A stretch of 63,508 nucleotides of DNA, counting the filler. It is 4 parts of 4 records of this genome, joined end to end, with 100 filler letters (N's around TTAATTAATTAA, not from the genome) between each part and the next. Parts side by side here need not be neighbours in the genome. Positions count along the whole stretch, not along the records: positions 45,115 to 52,592 come from DRR723986_4085; positions 52,693 to 63,508 come from DRR723986_4098; 2 more parts are not named here. One strand, given 5' to 3'. This document shows positions 47,061 through 56,738 of this stretch, in pieces. Below the pieces are notes generated by a model. It did not search any database, was not told where the DNA came from, and saw only the letters and a program-made list of their open reading frames with translations. Each line of letters opens with the position of its first letter. Position 1 is the first letter of the stretch. The position numbers were made by a program, and so were the translations under genes.

Positions 47061-48062
47061 TTAGTGCTTGGCGTTGATCGCCTGCGCTGCGTCGATGTTT
47101 TCCTGGCCAACGTCGCCTTTGAACTGCTCCCAAACAGGTTTCATAACGCTCACCCATTCGGCACGCTGTTCATCGCTCAGCTGGCGCACCACGCCGCCGG
47201 CTTCGATGACGGCGTTTTTCGCCTCTTCGTTCACCTTGGTGGATTCGGCGTTCCGCGCTTCTGTCACTTCCTTGATGATGGTGCCAAGCTGGTCACGGAC
47301 ATCCGCATCCAGGCTGTCCCACCAGTCAGAAGAAGTCACCAGCATGTAATCAATGATTCCGTGGTTGGTTTCGGTCACACCGTCCTGCACTTCAAAGAAC
47401 TTTTTGCCATAGATATTGGACCATGTGTTTTCCTGACCGTCCACAACGCCGGTTTGCAGGGCGCCGTATACTTCGGAAAAGGCCATCGGCTGCGGGGAGC
47501 CGCCAATCGCGGCCATCTGCGCCTTCAGCACGTCAGAGTTCTGCACGCGGAACTTCAGGCCGTTGGCGTCGGATGGGCTTTCCAGCGGCTTGTTGGCCGA
47601 CATCTGTTTCATGCCGTTGTGCCAGAACGCAAGACCCAGCAGACCGCGGCGGGTCATGCTTTCCTTCATTGCCTGACCGGTTTCGGAGTTCTGGAACTCA
47701 TCCACGGCATTGATGTTCTTGAACATGAACGGCAGATCAAAAATGCGGAATTGCTTGGTGAACTGCTCAAACTTGGACAGCGATGGCGCGGCCAGTTGAA
47801 CGTCACCCTGAAGCAGCGCCTCGAGCACCTGATCATCGTTATAAAGTGTCGAGTTCGGGAACACTTCGATGCAGGCCTTGCCGTTCATCTCTTCGTTCAC
47901 ACGGGTTTCCAGAAGCGACGCGGCGATCCCTTTTGGGTGCTTGTCGGTGTTGGTCACGTGGCTGAACTTGATGACGATTTCGCCATCATCACATGCGGCA
48001 GAGACTGCGCCTGCGCTGACAGTCATGGTCAGGGCGACGGCGGCGGCGGTGAAAAACTTCAT
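47061..48062 (-). CDS. dctP: TRAP C4-dicarboxylate-binding protein
   Basis: IKFSHV, FDLPF, GLKFRVQ and ALQTGVVDGQEN motifs. Confidence 0.95.
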   Translation of the reverse strand: MKFFTAAAVALTMTVSAGAVSAACDDGEIVIKFSHVTNTDKHPKGIAASLLETRVNEEMNGKACIEVFPNSTLYNDDQVLEALLQGDVQLAAPSLSKFEQFTKQFRIFDLPFMFKNINAVDEFQNSETGQAMKESMTRRGLLGLAFWHNGMKQMSANKPLESPSDANGLKFRVQNSDVLKAQMAAIGGSPQPMAFSEVYGALQTGVVDGQENTWSNIYGKKFFEVQDGVTETNHGIIDYMLVTSSDWWDSLDADVRDQLGTIIKEVTEARNAESTKVNEEAKNAVIEAGGVVRQLSDEQRAEWVSVMKPVWEQFKGDVGQENIDAAQAINAKH

Positions 48063-48216
48063 TGGTTTCCTCCCAGAAAACGAGAATCACAGTTTGGACA
48101 TCCGTCGTGGATGCACTGGAAGCTATCAAACAGATCGCAATGCGGTCTCACAAGATTGTGTTAACCGTGATGATCGCGAGGTTGTTTTTGCAATTATATT
48201 CAAACAGCTAGCGTCC

Positions 48217-48254
48217 AAATCGCCCCTTGGTCAGCCAAGGCCAAGGGGCGATTT
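48217..48254. terminator. Hairpin downstream of dctD
   Basis: AAATCGCCCCTTGG-N10-CCAAGGGGCGATTT. Confidence 0.65.
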
Positions 48255-48303
48255 GTGCGAAATCTCGCACAGGCGATCCGGCTCTTGTGCGAAAATCCGC
48301 ACA
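48254..48303. promoter_or_regulatory. Tandem DctD-type upstream activator sites
   Basis: TGTGCG-AAATCT-CGCACA (48254-48271) and TGTGCG-AAAATC-CGCACA (48286-48303), 32 bp apart; resemble rhizobial DctD UAS. Confidence 0.85.
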
Positions 48304-48305
48304 GT

Positions 48306-49535
48306 TCACTGTCGGAATTTCTCGGGGCGAATGCCATAGCGGGCCAGCTTGTCATAAAACGTTTTGCGCGGCAGTTTCAGCGCCTCTGCCGCTGCTGAGG
48401 CCTGCCCCCCTGCGCGGCGCAAGGCGGCTTCCAACAGCGACTTTTCCACCAGCGACATCTGCTCATTTAGCCCAAGCGCGGCATCAGGGGCCACATCATC
48501 GGGCAATCCCATCACAAACCGCATCGCCACCGACATCAGCGATCGCGCATTGCCCGGCCAATCGCGCCGCATCAACCCTGCCACTACCTCTGGTGTCACG
48601 TCCGGCTTTTGCAGGCCCGCCTGTTCTGCCGCCTGATCGACATAGCGGCGGAACATCACGGGAATGTCCTCTGGCCGCTCTGCCAATGACGGAATGCGCA
48701 CGCTCAGCCCCTCCATCCGGTAATAGAGATCGGCGTTGAACCGGCCCGCGTTGACCTCGGCCTTGAGATCACGGGTGTTGCCCACCATCAGGCGCACGCC
48801 CTCCGCCGGACTGCCGGTTTCGCTGAGCGTGAGTTGCAGTTGCGGGGACAGATGGGTGATCTCATCCACAAACAGGCTGCCGCCGTCAGCCTCCTGCATC
48901 GCCTGGGCCAGCGTTTCCGCCGTCAGCCCTGCCGCCGCGCGTTTGACAAAAGGCGCTTTGGACCGGGCGGAGCTGAGGTGAATGACCTCCGCCACCTTCG
49001 ATGTGCCGGACCCCGGCGCACCGTTGACCAGCACATCCTCCTCGGTCTGCGCCACCAGACGCACCCGCTTGCGCAGCGCCTCGGCCATTGCCGAAGTGCC
49101 AAACAGCATCCGCGCTGCGGGATCACCGGTTTCCACCAGCTTTAGCAACCGGCGGTTTTCCAGCACCAACGCGCGGGTCTTGAGCGCCCGTTCCAGAACC
49201 CCCAGCAAATCGGCAGGCGCGCAAGGCTTTTCCAGAAACCCGAAGGCACCCTGCCCCATCGCCGCCACCGCCATGGGAATATCGCCCTCACCGGTCAGCA
49301 AGATCACCGGCAAATCCGCATCCTGTTTCTGGGCGTAATCCAGCAGATGAAACCCGTCCCGCCCCGGCATGCGAATGTCCGACAGGATCACCCCGTCAAA
49401 ACCTGCGGTGATCCGGTCCTTGGCCGCCACAAAGGATCCCGCGGGGATCGCGGTGATCTCTGCCAGCTCAAGCGTTTGGGCCAATGCCTCGCGCACGGCG
49501 GCATCGTCATCCACCAAAAGTACCTGCCCTGTCAT
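48306..49535 (-). CDS. dctD: DctD-like response regulator with degenerate AAA+ domain
   Basis: Receiver (VDDD, SDIRMP, FLEKP); RFNADLYYR; WPGNAR; Fis-type HTH. Confidence 0.9.
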   Translation of the reverse strand: MTGQVLLVDDDAAVREALAQTLELAEITAIPAGSFVAAKDRITAGFDGVILSDIRMPGRDGFHLLDYAQKQDADLPVILLTGEGDIPMAVAAMGQGAFGFLEKPCAPADLLGVLERALKTRALVLENRRLLKLVETGDPAARMLFGTSAMAEALRKRVRLVAQTEEDVLVNGAPGSGTSKVAEVIHLSSARSKAPFVKRAAAGLTAETLAQAMQEADGGSLFVDEITHLSPQLQLTLSETGSPAEGVRLMVGNTRDLKAEVNAGRFNADLYYRMEGLSVRIPSLAERPEDIPVMFRRYVDQAAEQAGLQKPDVTPEVVAGLMRRDWPGNARSLMSVAMRFVMGLPDDVAPDAALGLNEQMSLVEKSLLEAALRRAGGQASAAAEALKLPRKTFYDKLARYGIRPEKFRQ

Positions 49536-51298
49536 GCCACCTCTGCCTGCTTCACCTGTTCTGCGGCGCGTTCAAGCGTCACGGAGAACAACGCCCCGCT
49601 GCCCTCACAATTGCTGCCTTTGATTTGTCCGCCAAAGCTTTGCACAATGCCATAGCTGATCGACAGGCCCAGCCCCATACCGCCCGTGTCACCCGCCGGT
49701 TTGGTTGTATAGAACGGATCGAACACCTTGTCCGGCATTTCAATCCCCGGCCCGGTGTCGCGGAAATTCACCGCCAGCGCATCGCCATCTGTTACCGAAA
49801 TGCGAAGCACTTTGAGATCACTGTCACTCATCGCATCCACGGCATTGGTGATCAGATTGACAAACACCTGCCCCAGCCGCACCTCGCCGCCGCGCACCCA
49901 CAAGGGGCCATCTCCTGCGGGATCATAGATCAGCTCAACCCCCGCATCCGCGATATGATTGGCCGTCAGATCCAGCGCCGATTGCAACACGGCCCGCAGC
50001 TCAACCCGTTCATCGGGGCGGTTTTCCTGCCGGGCAAAGGCCCGCAGGTTCTGGATGATCCGCCCCATGCGCCGTGCCATGTCTGAGATCCGGGTGAGGT
50101 TTTCAGTGGCGCGGTCCGGCGCGCCGCGGTCCATGAACTGCACCGCGTTTTCGGCAAAGGACCGGATCGCCATCAAGGGTTGGTTCAACTCATGGCTGAT
50201 GCCCGCAGACATCTGGCCCAAAGCGCTGAGCTTGCCCGCTTGCACCAGATCATCCTGCGCCCGCCGCAACGCCGCCTGCGCCTCCTCGCGCTCTGCCGCC
50301 TCGCGGCGCAACTGGGCGTTGGTGTCGCGCAAGGCGGCGGTGCGTTCCGCCACCCGCGCCTCAAGCTGCACATTGGCCTGTGTGAGGGCCCGCCGCCGCT
50401 CCGCTGCGAGAAACAGCAACGATCCAAAGGCAAGACAAAGCGCCGCCACGGCCGCTGCCTGCGCCAGCGCGAACTGCCGGGTCTGCGCCACATCAAGCAA
50501 AACCTCGCCGGTGAGCCCGATGACCGGCAGAGCCTGGGTCAGATGCAGACCTTCTTGCGGCAGATACGGACCCCAGCCCAGCTGCCAGATTTCATGCCCG
50601 CCAATGTACCGCGCCGAAAAGTCGGGCGCATCGCCCTGGGGCGGGAGCAATCCAGGGCTGTCTTCGGGCCGCTGCCAGAACAGGATTTCGGACCGGTTGG
50701 AGATATAGACCTCCCCCGCCGCATCGGTGAAAAACGCCGGCGGATTGGTGCCGCGCCAATTGTAATCAATGCCATTGAGATCGGTCATCACCACCACCGC
50801 ACCCTGCACGCGGCCCGAAGGATCAAACACCGGGGCGGCATGGAAAAACGCCCGGCGGGTCAAAGGCTCTCCCGGCCCGTGACCCCAGCCCAACGCGCCG
50901 CGCAGCGCCCGTTTGATATAACGCTGCTGCGCCAGATCCGCAGGTTCCGCACCAATGGCCGAGGCCGCAACGCGCCCCTGCGCATCCACGATCAACACAT
51001 CCAGTGCCGCCGATTTATCCGCCACCTCAAGCAACAAATCGGTGCTGCGCGTGACGCCAATGCCCGACAATTCCGCCGCCACCGTGGGGTGATCGGCCAG
51101 CATCACCGCCAGATCGCGATACCGCTGCAATTGCCCGACCAATCGGTCCCCGGCCAAGGCCAGATCCGCCTGCCCCCGCGCGGCCAGCTGATCCAGACCT
51201 TTGACAAAGGCATAGCGCCAAACCCCGCCCGAAAGCGCGGCCACCACCAGCAGAAAGGCCAGCACATACCCGGCCCGTTGTCGCAAATTGCCATTCAT
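49532..51298 (-). CDS. dctB: DctB-like sensor histidine kinase
   Basis: GQMSAGISHELNQPL, NLITNAVDAM, DTGPG and GMGLGLSIS motifs. Confidence 0.92.
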   Translation of the reverse strand: MNGNLRQRAGYVLAFLLVVAALSGGVWRYAFVKGLDQLAARGQADLALAGDRLVGQLQRYRDLAVMLADHPTVAAELSGIGVTRSTDLLLEVADKSAALDVLIVDAQGRVAASAIGAEPADLAQQRYIKRALRGALGWGHGPGEPLTRRAFFHAAPVFDPSGRVQGAVVVMTDLNGIDYNWRGTNPPAFFTDAAGEVYISNRSEILFWQRPEDSPGLLPPQGDAPDFSARYIGGHEIWQLGWGPYLPQEGLHLTQALPVIGLTGEVLLDVAQTRQFALAQAAAVAALCLAFGSLLFLAAERRRALTQANVQLEARVAERTAALRDTNAQLRREAAEREEAQAALRRAQDDLVQAGKLSALGQMSAGISHELNQPLMAIRSFAENAVQFMDRGAPDRATENLTRISDMARRMGRIIQNLRAFARQENRPDERVELRAVLQSALDLTANHIADAGVELIYDPAGDGPLWVRGGEVRLGQVFVNLITNAVDAMSDSDLKVLRISVTDGDALAVNFRDTGPGIEMPDKVFDPFYTTKPAGDTGGMGLGLSISYGIVQSFGGQIKGSNCEGSGALFSVTLERAAEQVKQAEVA

Positions 51299-51358
51299 CA
51301 GCCCATGATTGCACCTTCCCCCTTGCAAAGGCCAGTGCCGCGCGGCTTATCTGCGGCC

Positions 51359-52540
51359 ATGAAAACACTTCAGCAGTCTCCGCTCGATCCCGAATTTGTG
51401 CAAAACCCCTATGCCGCCTACGCCAAGGCACGGGCGGATGGCCCTGTGATGTACTGGCAGGACTACGCCATGCCCGCCGCCTTTGACGCGGCCACCGTGC
51501 AGGCGCTGTTGCGTGACCGGCGGCTGGGCCGCGAAGTGCCTCAAGGCGCACGCCCACCCTATCCGGCGCATCTGGGCGACTGGGCCGCGATGGAAGGCCA
51601 CTCCATGCTGGAGCTGGAACCGCCACGCCACACCCGTCTGCGCGGTCTGGTCCTGCGGGCCTTTACCTCCCGGCGGATCTCAGCGCTTTTGCCCGATATC
51701 GAGGAGGTCACAGCTCAGCTGTTGGCAGGGCTGCCTCACGATCCTTTCGATCTAATCCCCGCCTATTGCACCGAATTGCCCGTGCGCATCATCGCCCGGC
51801 TTTTGGGCGTGCCCGAAGCGATGTCAGCGGATCTGCTGCGCTGGTCCAACGCGATGGTGGCGATGTATCAAGCGGGCCGCAGCCGCGCGGTGGAAGACGC
51901 CGCCAACACCGCCACAGCCGAATTTGTGAAATTCCTGCGCGGCTACGTCGAAAAGCGCCGCAATGACCCGCGTGATGATCTGATCACCAGCCTGATTGCC
52001 GCCGAAGAAGACGGCGAAAAGCTCACCCCGGATGAATTGATCGGCACCTGCATCCTGCTGCTGAATGCGGGCCATGAGGCGACGGTGCATTCCATGGGCA
52101 ATGCGGTGAAATGCCTGCTGGAGCATGAAACACCCGCCGCCGCGCTGGCCCCCGACCAAATCGGTGCGACCGTTGAAGAGCTGCTGCGTTACGACCCGCC
52201 ACTGCATATGTTCACTCGCTTTGCCTATGAAGACATCGAATTGGAAGGCACGGCCCTGCAAAAGGGCGATGAAATCGCGCTGATGCTGGGGGCCGCAGCC
52301 CGTGATCCGGCGGTCTATGATGACCCTGATGCGTTTGATCCCTACCGGCCCGCAAAACCCCATGCGGTCTTTGGCGGCGGCCTGCATTTCTGCGTCGGCG
52401 CGCCACTGGCGCGAATGGAATTACAGGTGGCCCTGCCCGCGCTGTTTGGGCAGCTGCCTAAAATGACGCTGGCCGAAACCCCGCGCTACGCCATGAGCTA
52501 CCATTTCCACAAGCTGGACCTGCTGATGATCGCGCCATAA
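51359..52540 (+). CDS. Cytochrome P450
   Basis: HTRLR, AGHEAT, EELLRYDPP and FGGGLHFCVG motifs. Confidence 0.95.
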   Translation: MKTLQQSPLDPEFVQNPYAAYAKARADGPVMYWQDYAMPAAFDAATVQALLRDRRLGREVPQGARPPYPAHLGDWAAMEGHSMLELEPPRHTRLRGLVLRAFTSRRISALLPDIEEVTAQLLAGLPHDPFDLIPAYCTELPVRIIARLLGVPEAMSADLLRWSNAMVAMYQAGRSRAVEDAANTATAEFVKFLRGYVEKRRNDPRDDLITSLIAAEEDGEKLTPDELIGTCILLLNAGHEATVHSMGNAVKCLLEHETPAAALAPDQIGATVEELLRYDPPLHMFTRFAYEDIELEGTALQKGDEIALMLGAAARDPAVYDDPDAFDPYRPAKPHAVFGGGLHFCVGAPLARMELQVALPALFGQLPKMTLAETPRYAMSYHFHKLDLLMIAP

Positions 52541-52592
52541 CAGGCGGCACTGCATGACGCAGACACCCGGGGCTTTGCCCCGGACCCCAGAG

Positions 52593-52692
52593 NNNNNNNN
52601 NNNNNNNNNNNNNNNNNNNNNNNNNNNNNNNNNNNNTTAATTAATTAANNNNNNNNNNNNNNNNNNNNNNNNNNNNNNNNNNNNNNNNNNNN
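52593..52692. other. Artificial contig linker
   Basis: N-run with TTAATTAATTAA. Confidence 0.99.
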
Positions 52693-52957
52693 TTGCGGGC
52701 GGCAGCCCCGACATGTCGGGGCGGCGGGCAAGGTCTGTCACCAGCTTGATCTGCGGCAGGAAGCCTGCGCCCTTTTCGGCATAGATCGCGCGAAGGCGGC
52801 GTTGCGTGCGGGTCGTGTTGACGTAGATCTCTACCCGCGCCAGGGCGTGCGGTGGCTGCCCCGTCAGGCGCTCGGCCACGCCCCTGACCAGTGCTGCTGT
52901 GAAATCGACGCCAAGCGGTGTGGCGAAGACGCGGGGGGTGGGGGTGGCGTCAAACAT
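52693..52957 (-). CDS. addB: Double-strand break repair protein AddB, N-terminal part
   Basis: PRVFATPLGVDF...IYVNTTR...FLPQIKL; conserved position after tsaE-amgK-murU. Confidence 0.85.
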
Positions 52958-53636
52958 GGGTCAGCATTTCCTCGGCCAATCCGATCCCTTCGGGGTGGCC
53001 CACATCGGCCCAATGCCCGTGATAGGGCGTGCCGAACATCCTGCCCTTGGCCATCGCCGCGCGCCAGACCTCATGCAGGGAAAATGGCCCGTCGGGATAG
53101 CCCTGCAAGACCTGCGTTCTGAGGATTTGCGCACCGGTATAGACCTCTCCCGCCTTGTCCCAGCTTAGCCTGCCGTGCGCGTCGCGGGCAAAATCGCCCC
53201 CCGCCTGCCGCCCAACGGCGCGCGATTGCGGGACCATCAGCGTCAGGACGTCCATCGTGTCAGGGTTCCAGTCGGCCACCAGCGTGGTCAGCGCATTGGG
53301 GCCGGACCAGACCGCATCGGCATTGAGGGTAAAGACGGTGTCAGCCTTCAACAGCGGCAAGGCGTGGCGGATGCCGCCGGCACTGTCGAGGATCAGCGGC
53401 TGTTCTTCAGAGAACGCAACGTCCGGCATGTCGGCCAGATAAGCGCGCATCTGGTCTGCTTGATAGTGGCCGTTCACAACGATCCGCCCCACGTCAGCGC
53501 CGCGCGCCTGTTCCAGCGCGTGGTCGATCAGGGGCCGCCCCGCGACCGGGATCAGCGGCTTTGGCCGCGTCCGCGTCAGCGCGCCCATGCGGGTGCCGAA
53601 CCCGGCGGCCAGGATCATGCAGGCGGGCGGGGTCAT
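52950..53636 (-). CDS. murU: Nucleotidyltransferase (MurU-like)
   Basis: MILAAGFGTRMGALT..PKPL and WADVGHP motifs. Confidence 0.8.
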   Translation of the reverse strand: MTPPACMILAAGFGTRMGALTRTRPKPLIPVAGRPLIDHALEQARGADVGRIVVNGHYQADQMRAYLADMPDVAFSEEQPLILDSAGGIRHALPLLKADTVFTLNADAVWSGPNALTTLVADWNPDTMDVLTLMVPQSRAVGRQAGGDFARDAHGRLSWDKAGEVYTGAQILRTQVLQGYPDGPFSLHEVWRAAMAKGRMFGTPYHGHWADVGHPEGIGLAEEMLTHV

Positions 53637-54556
53637 GGGCTGAGCCCCGGCAGCAACGGGCGCATTGCGGCAGCAAGATCTGTCAGCGCGGGGTGGTCCA
53701 GCGCCACGGTCACATGGGCGTAAACGCGCGGCAGATGGGTCAGGTAGACGGGCTTGTTCCGGTCCCGCGCCAACCGGCGAAAGACGCCGATGATCCGCAG
53801 ATTGCGCTGAAAGCTTAGCAGCGCGCATTGGGTTTTGAACGCATCCTCTGCCAGATCCAGCGCCTGCGCATAGCGGGCGGTCATGGCGGCGGCGATCTTT
53901 TCAGGAATAGCGCGGCGGGCATCCTTGATGAAAGACACGAGGTCATAGCCCGGCGGGGCCAGCACCGCATCCTGGAAATCCAGCAGTCCCACGCGGGTCA
54001 GGCCAAGGCGGCCCGGCAGCCACAGCAGGTTTTCCGCATGCACATCGCGCAGGGCGGGGACAAGCGGCTCGGTGAATATGCTTGCGAATTGCGCCTGCAT
54101 TTGCGCCATGGCCGCGTCGGTATCGGGGCCATCTGGCAACGCGATGCGGGTCATTTCCGCCATCACATGCGGGGTCAGGGCAGGCAGGGTCCAGCCATCG
54201 CGTTGATGGCCCAGATGGATCAGAACATCGGTCGCGGCAAGGCTGGCTTCGGGCAGGTCGGGGCCGAGTGCGGTGAAATCGCGGTCGCCAAGATCCTCCA
54301 ACAGCATCAAACCCTTATCCTTGTCGGATCCGATGATCTGCGGCGCTGACAGCCCCAGCCTGCGCAGCTTGGCGGCGATGCTGAGAAAGGCATCGAAACT
54401 TGCACGATCCTCTGGCGGGGCAAGCATCAGAACCGCGCTGGTCCCGTCCAGTGTCAGGCGGTCATAGCGCCGGGCAGAGGCATCGCCCGCCAACGCCGCA
54501 CGGTCCGCCAAGCCCCAGCCAATCCCGTCCAGAAATGCATGTGCGGCATCGTTCAT
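53633..54556 (-). CDS. amgK: Aminoglycoside-phosphotransferase family protein (AmgK-like)
   Basis: LAGDASARRYDR, LLEDLGD, RDVHAENL and LDFQDA motifs. Confidence 0.8.
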   Translation of the reverse strand: MNDAAHAFLDGIGWGLADRAALAGDASARRYDRLTLDGTSAVLMLAPPEDRASFDAFLSIAAKLRRLGLSAPQIIGSDKDKGLMLLEDLGDRDFTALGPDLPEASLAATDVLIHLGHQRDGWTLPALTPHVMAEMTRIALPDGPDTDAAMAQMQAQFASIFTEPLVPALRDVHAENLLWLPGRLGLTRVGLLDFQDAVLAPPGYDLVSFIKDARRAIPEKIAAAMTARYAQALDLAEDAFKTQCALLSFQRNLRIIGVFRRLARDRNKPVYLTHLPRVYAHVTVALDHPALTDLAAAMRPLLPGLSP

Positions 54557-55056
54557 GCGGGCACCAGCGTGCGTAGCCGGTCGGCCCAAAGCCCTGGCCT
54601 GTCACTCGACAGGATCAGGGACCGCGCATCATCCTGCCCCGGCACCATCCGCAGTGACAGCCACAGGGCGCGGGCGGGCATTTCATCGCCCAATCGGTCG
54701 GGCCATTCCACAAGACAGATCGCCGTGTCGAATGCCTCGGTCAGGCCCAGTTCGTCCACCTCCTGCGGATCGCTGAGCCGATAGAGGTCGGCGTGCCAGA
54801 TCTCTCGCCCCCCGGCCTCGTAGGTCTGGACCAGCGTGAAAGTGGGTGACGGCACATCCTCCACCCGTCCATCTGCCGCTTGCAGGTGCTGGATCAGCGA
54901 CCGGGCGAAATGGGTTTTTCCGGCCCCCAGATCGCCGTCGAGGCAGAGGATATCGCCCGGCTCCAACTGCTCTGACAGATGGGCAGCCAGCCGCGCCGTG
55001 GCCTCGGGTGAGGTCAGCGTGATCTTGGCAAGTATGGAACGGGCGGGGGTCGGCAT
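54553..55056 (-). CDS. tsaE: tRNA threonylcarbamoyladenosine biosynthesis ATPase
   Basis: GDLGAGKT, VPSPTFTLVQ.Y, HADLYRL and VEWP motifs. Confidence 0.95.
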   Translation of the reverse strand: MPTPARSILAKITLTSPEATARLAAHLSEQLEPGDILCLDGDLGAGKTHFARSLIQHLQAADGRVEDVPSPTFTLVQTYEAGGREIWHADLYRLSDPQEVDELGLTEAFDTAICLVEWPDRLGDEMPARALWLSLRMVPGQDDARSLILSSDRPGLWADRLRTLVPA

Positions 55057-55105
55057 GGGCGCGAGTGTATCAAGGCCCCGCCGGGCCGCAACCACGCCTG
55101 AACAC

Positions 55106-56677
55106 TCAGGCCGAGGAAATCAGCACGTCCTCGGCCTCAACCTCGGGTTCCGGGGGTGACAAGGGCACTGGCGCCGCGTCCTTGAGGAATCCCACAAGGC
55201 TCGCCCCACCTTTCAGCGGCGCAATCCGGCAGACGACGCAGCCACCCTCTGTCAGCACCACCCGATCTGCCCAAGCGCTTCGATCCCCGTAACCGCCGAC
55301 GAAATCCCGAATCTCTCCCCATAGCGGCGTGGGCGCACAGGCCCCCTGCCATTGGCCGGTGGCCTCTGACACGCTTGCCGCCTTGTCCGGCCACATGGCC
55401 GTGTAGGCGCGATTGCCCATGACGAACCGCCCATCTCGGGAAAACACCGCCATCGCCTCGGAATTGCTGTCCAGAACGGATTGATAGAGGTCCATGTCGC
55501 CCCGGAATTTGCGGGTCAGAGTTACTTCCTGGCTGATATCTTCGAACAGGAAGGCCACCGCCCCGTCCGCATGGGGCCTGCCGATCACGCGAAAGGTCTG
55601 GCCATTGGGCAGGCTCCACATTTCCTGGTAGGTGCCATCGCGGGCGGCTTGTTCCAGCTCTCCCAGACTGGCGCGCCATGCCTGGTAATCCTTCGGCTCC
55701 GGCATCCGCTGCTTTTCACGCAGCTTGTCGAGGAAGCCATAGAGATCGGGCCGTGCCGACAGCCAGTCGGCGGGCAGGGTCGACAAGGACACAAGCGCCG
55801 GGTTGAACAGGACCAGCTGCCGCTGCTTGTCGAAAATGGCCAGCCCGATGGGCAGATGGGCAAAGGTCCGCGACAGGGTCTGCACGAAATCGCGCAACGA
55901 GGTTTCTGCGGCAACCAGCCGGTTGATCGGATGCGCCGCAAACAGCGTCCCGGACCCGTAGGCGCGGGCCGTCACGTCGAACCAGACCGTGCTGCCGCGT
56001 TCCAGCGGCATCCGACGCCCCTGCCCTTCGGACAGCGGTTCGTCCACGGAAAAGAGCTTGTGGATCGGCCAGACAAGCGCATTCGCCGTATCGTCAGTCT
56101 TCTGAAGCATGTCGAAATAGGCGCGGTTGGCCCAGATGATCTGGCCTTCGCAATCCTCCTGCCACAGCAGCGCCTCGCTGACATCCAGCCCGTGACGCAG
56201 CAGGTCCAGTTCGGATTCCAGCGCGTCCAGCCCGGCCTGGTCGATCATCTTGCGGTCGCGCCCCGGTTCCAGCGAGGCAACGGTGATCAGGCAGCGGCCC
56301 TCGGACCGGCGGCCACTGATGGACAGTTCATCGCCCCCGATCCGCCCGATCAGGACAAAGCCATCGCCCCGTTCGCGCAGCGCCTCCATCTTGACCGCGA
56401 CATCGGGGTTCAGCGCCGACAGGCTTTCGCTAAGCTCCGCCCAGGCGCCGACGCGGTCGGCAGGATCGGTCAGCATCGCGTCGGTGCCGTCGAAATCGGA
56501 CAAGAGATAGCCGTCGCGAAACACGTAGCTGCGCGGCAGGTCCAGCCCGCGCAGCATCACATGGCGGAAGCCGCCGCCACGGCGGGTCAGCGACATGCCC
56601 AGCACGGCGGAAAATCCCCCCGCTGCAAGGCTGATGCCGACAAGAAACAGGATGATGGTCGGATCGGTCAGTGTCAT
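55106..56677 (-). CDS. divL: Membrane-anchored multi-PAS protein without kinase domain (Rhodobacteraceae DivL)
   Basis: N-terminal TM; PAS repeats (IIWANRAY, LAIFD...LFNPA, GNRAY); no H-box; lies downstream of regB as in R. capsulatus; CtrA box upstream. Confidence 0.75.
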   Translation of the reverse strand: MTLTDPTIILFLVGISLAAGGFSAVLGMSLTRRGGGFRHVMLRGLDLPRSYVFRDGYLLSDFDGTDAMLTDPADRVGAWAELSESLSALNPDVAVKMEALRERGDGFVLIGRIGGDELSISGRRSEGRCLITVASLEPGRDRKMIDQAGLDALESELDLLRHGLDVSEALLWQEDCEGQIIWANRAYFDMLQKTDDTANALVWPIHKLFSVDEPLSEGQGRRMPLERGSTVWFDVTARAYGSGTLFAAHPINRLVAAETSLRDFVQTLSRTFAHLPIGLAIFDKQRQLVLFNPALVSLSTLPADWLSARPDLYGFLDKLREKQRMPEPKDYQAWRASLGELEQAARDGTYQEMWSLPNGQTFRVIGRPHADGAVAFLFEDISQEVTLTRKFRGDMDLYQSVLDSNSEAMAVFSRDGRFVMGNRAYTAMWPDKAASVSEATGQWQGACAPTPLWGEIRDFVGGYGDRSAWADRVVLTEGGCVVCRIAPLKGGASLVGFLKDAAPVPLSPPEPEVEAEDVLISSA

Positions 56678-56700
56678 GTCGTCCCCAGCACCGAATGGCC

Positions 56701-56709
56701 TGTGGATAA
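56701..56709 (-). promoter_or_regulatory. Perfect DnaA box
   Basis: TGTGGATAA, i.e. TTATCCACA on the minus strand. Confidence 0.5.
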
Positions 56710-56722
56710 CAACAGATGAATG

Positions 56723-56738
56723 GTTAAGACGAGGTTAA
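56723..56738 (-). promoter_or_regulatory. CtrA binding site
   Basis: Minus strand TTAA-CCTCGTC-TTAAC, overlapping the regB stop codon. Confidence 0.8.

Noticed and set aside
50180-51358. Apparent 786-aa P450 fusion
   Set aside because: The extra N-terminal part is the antisense of dctB; the P450 starts at 51359.
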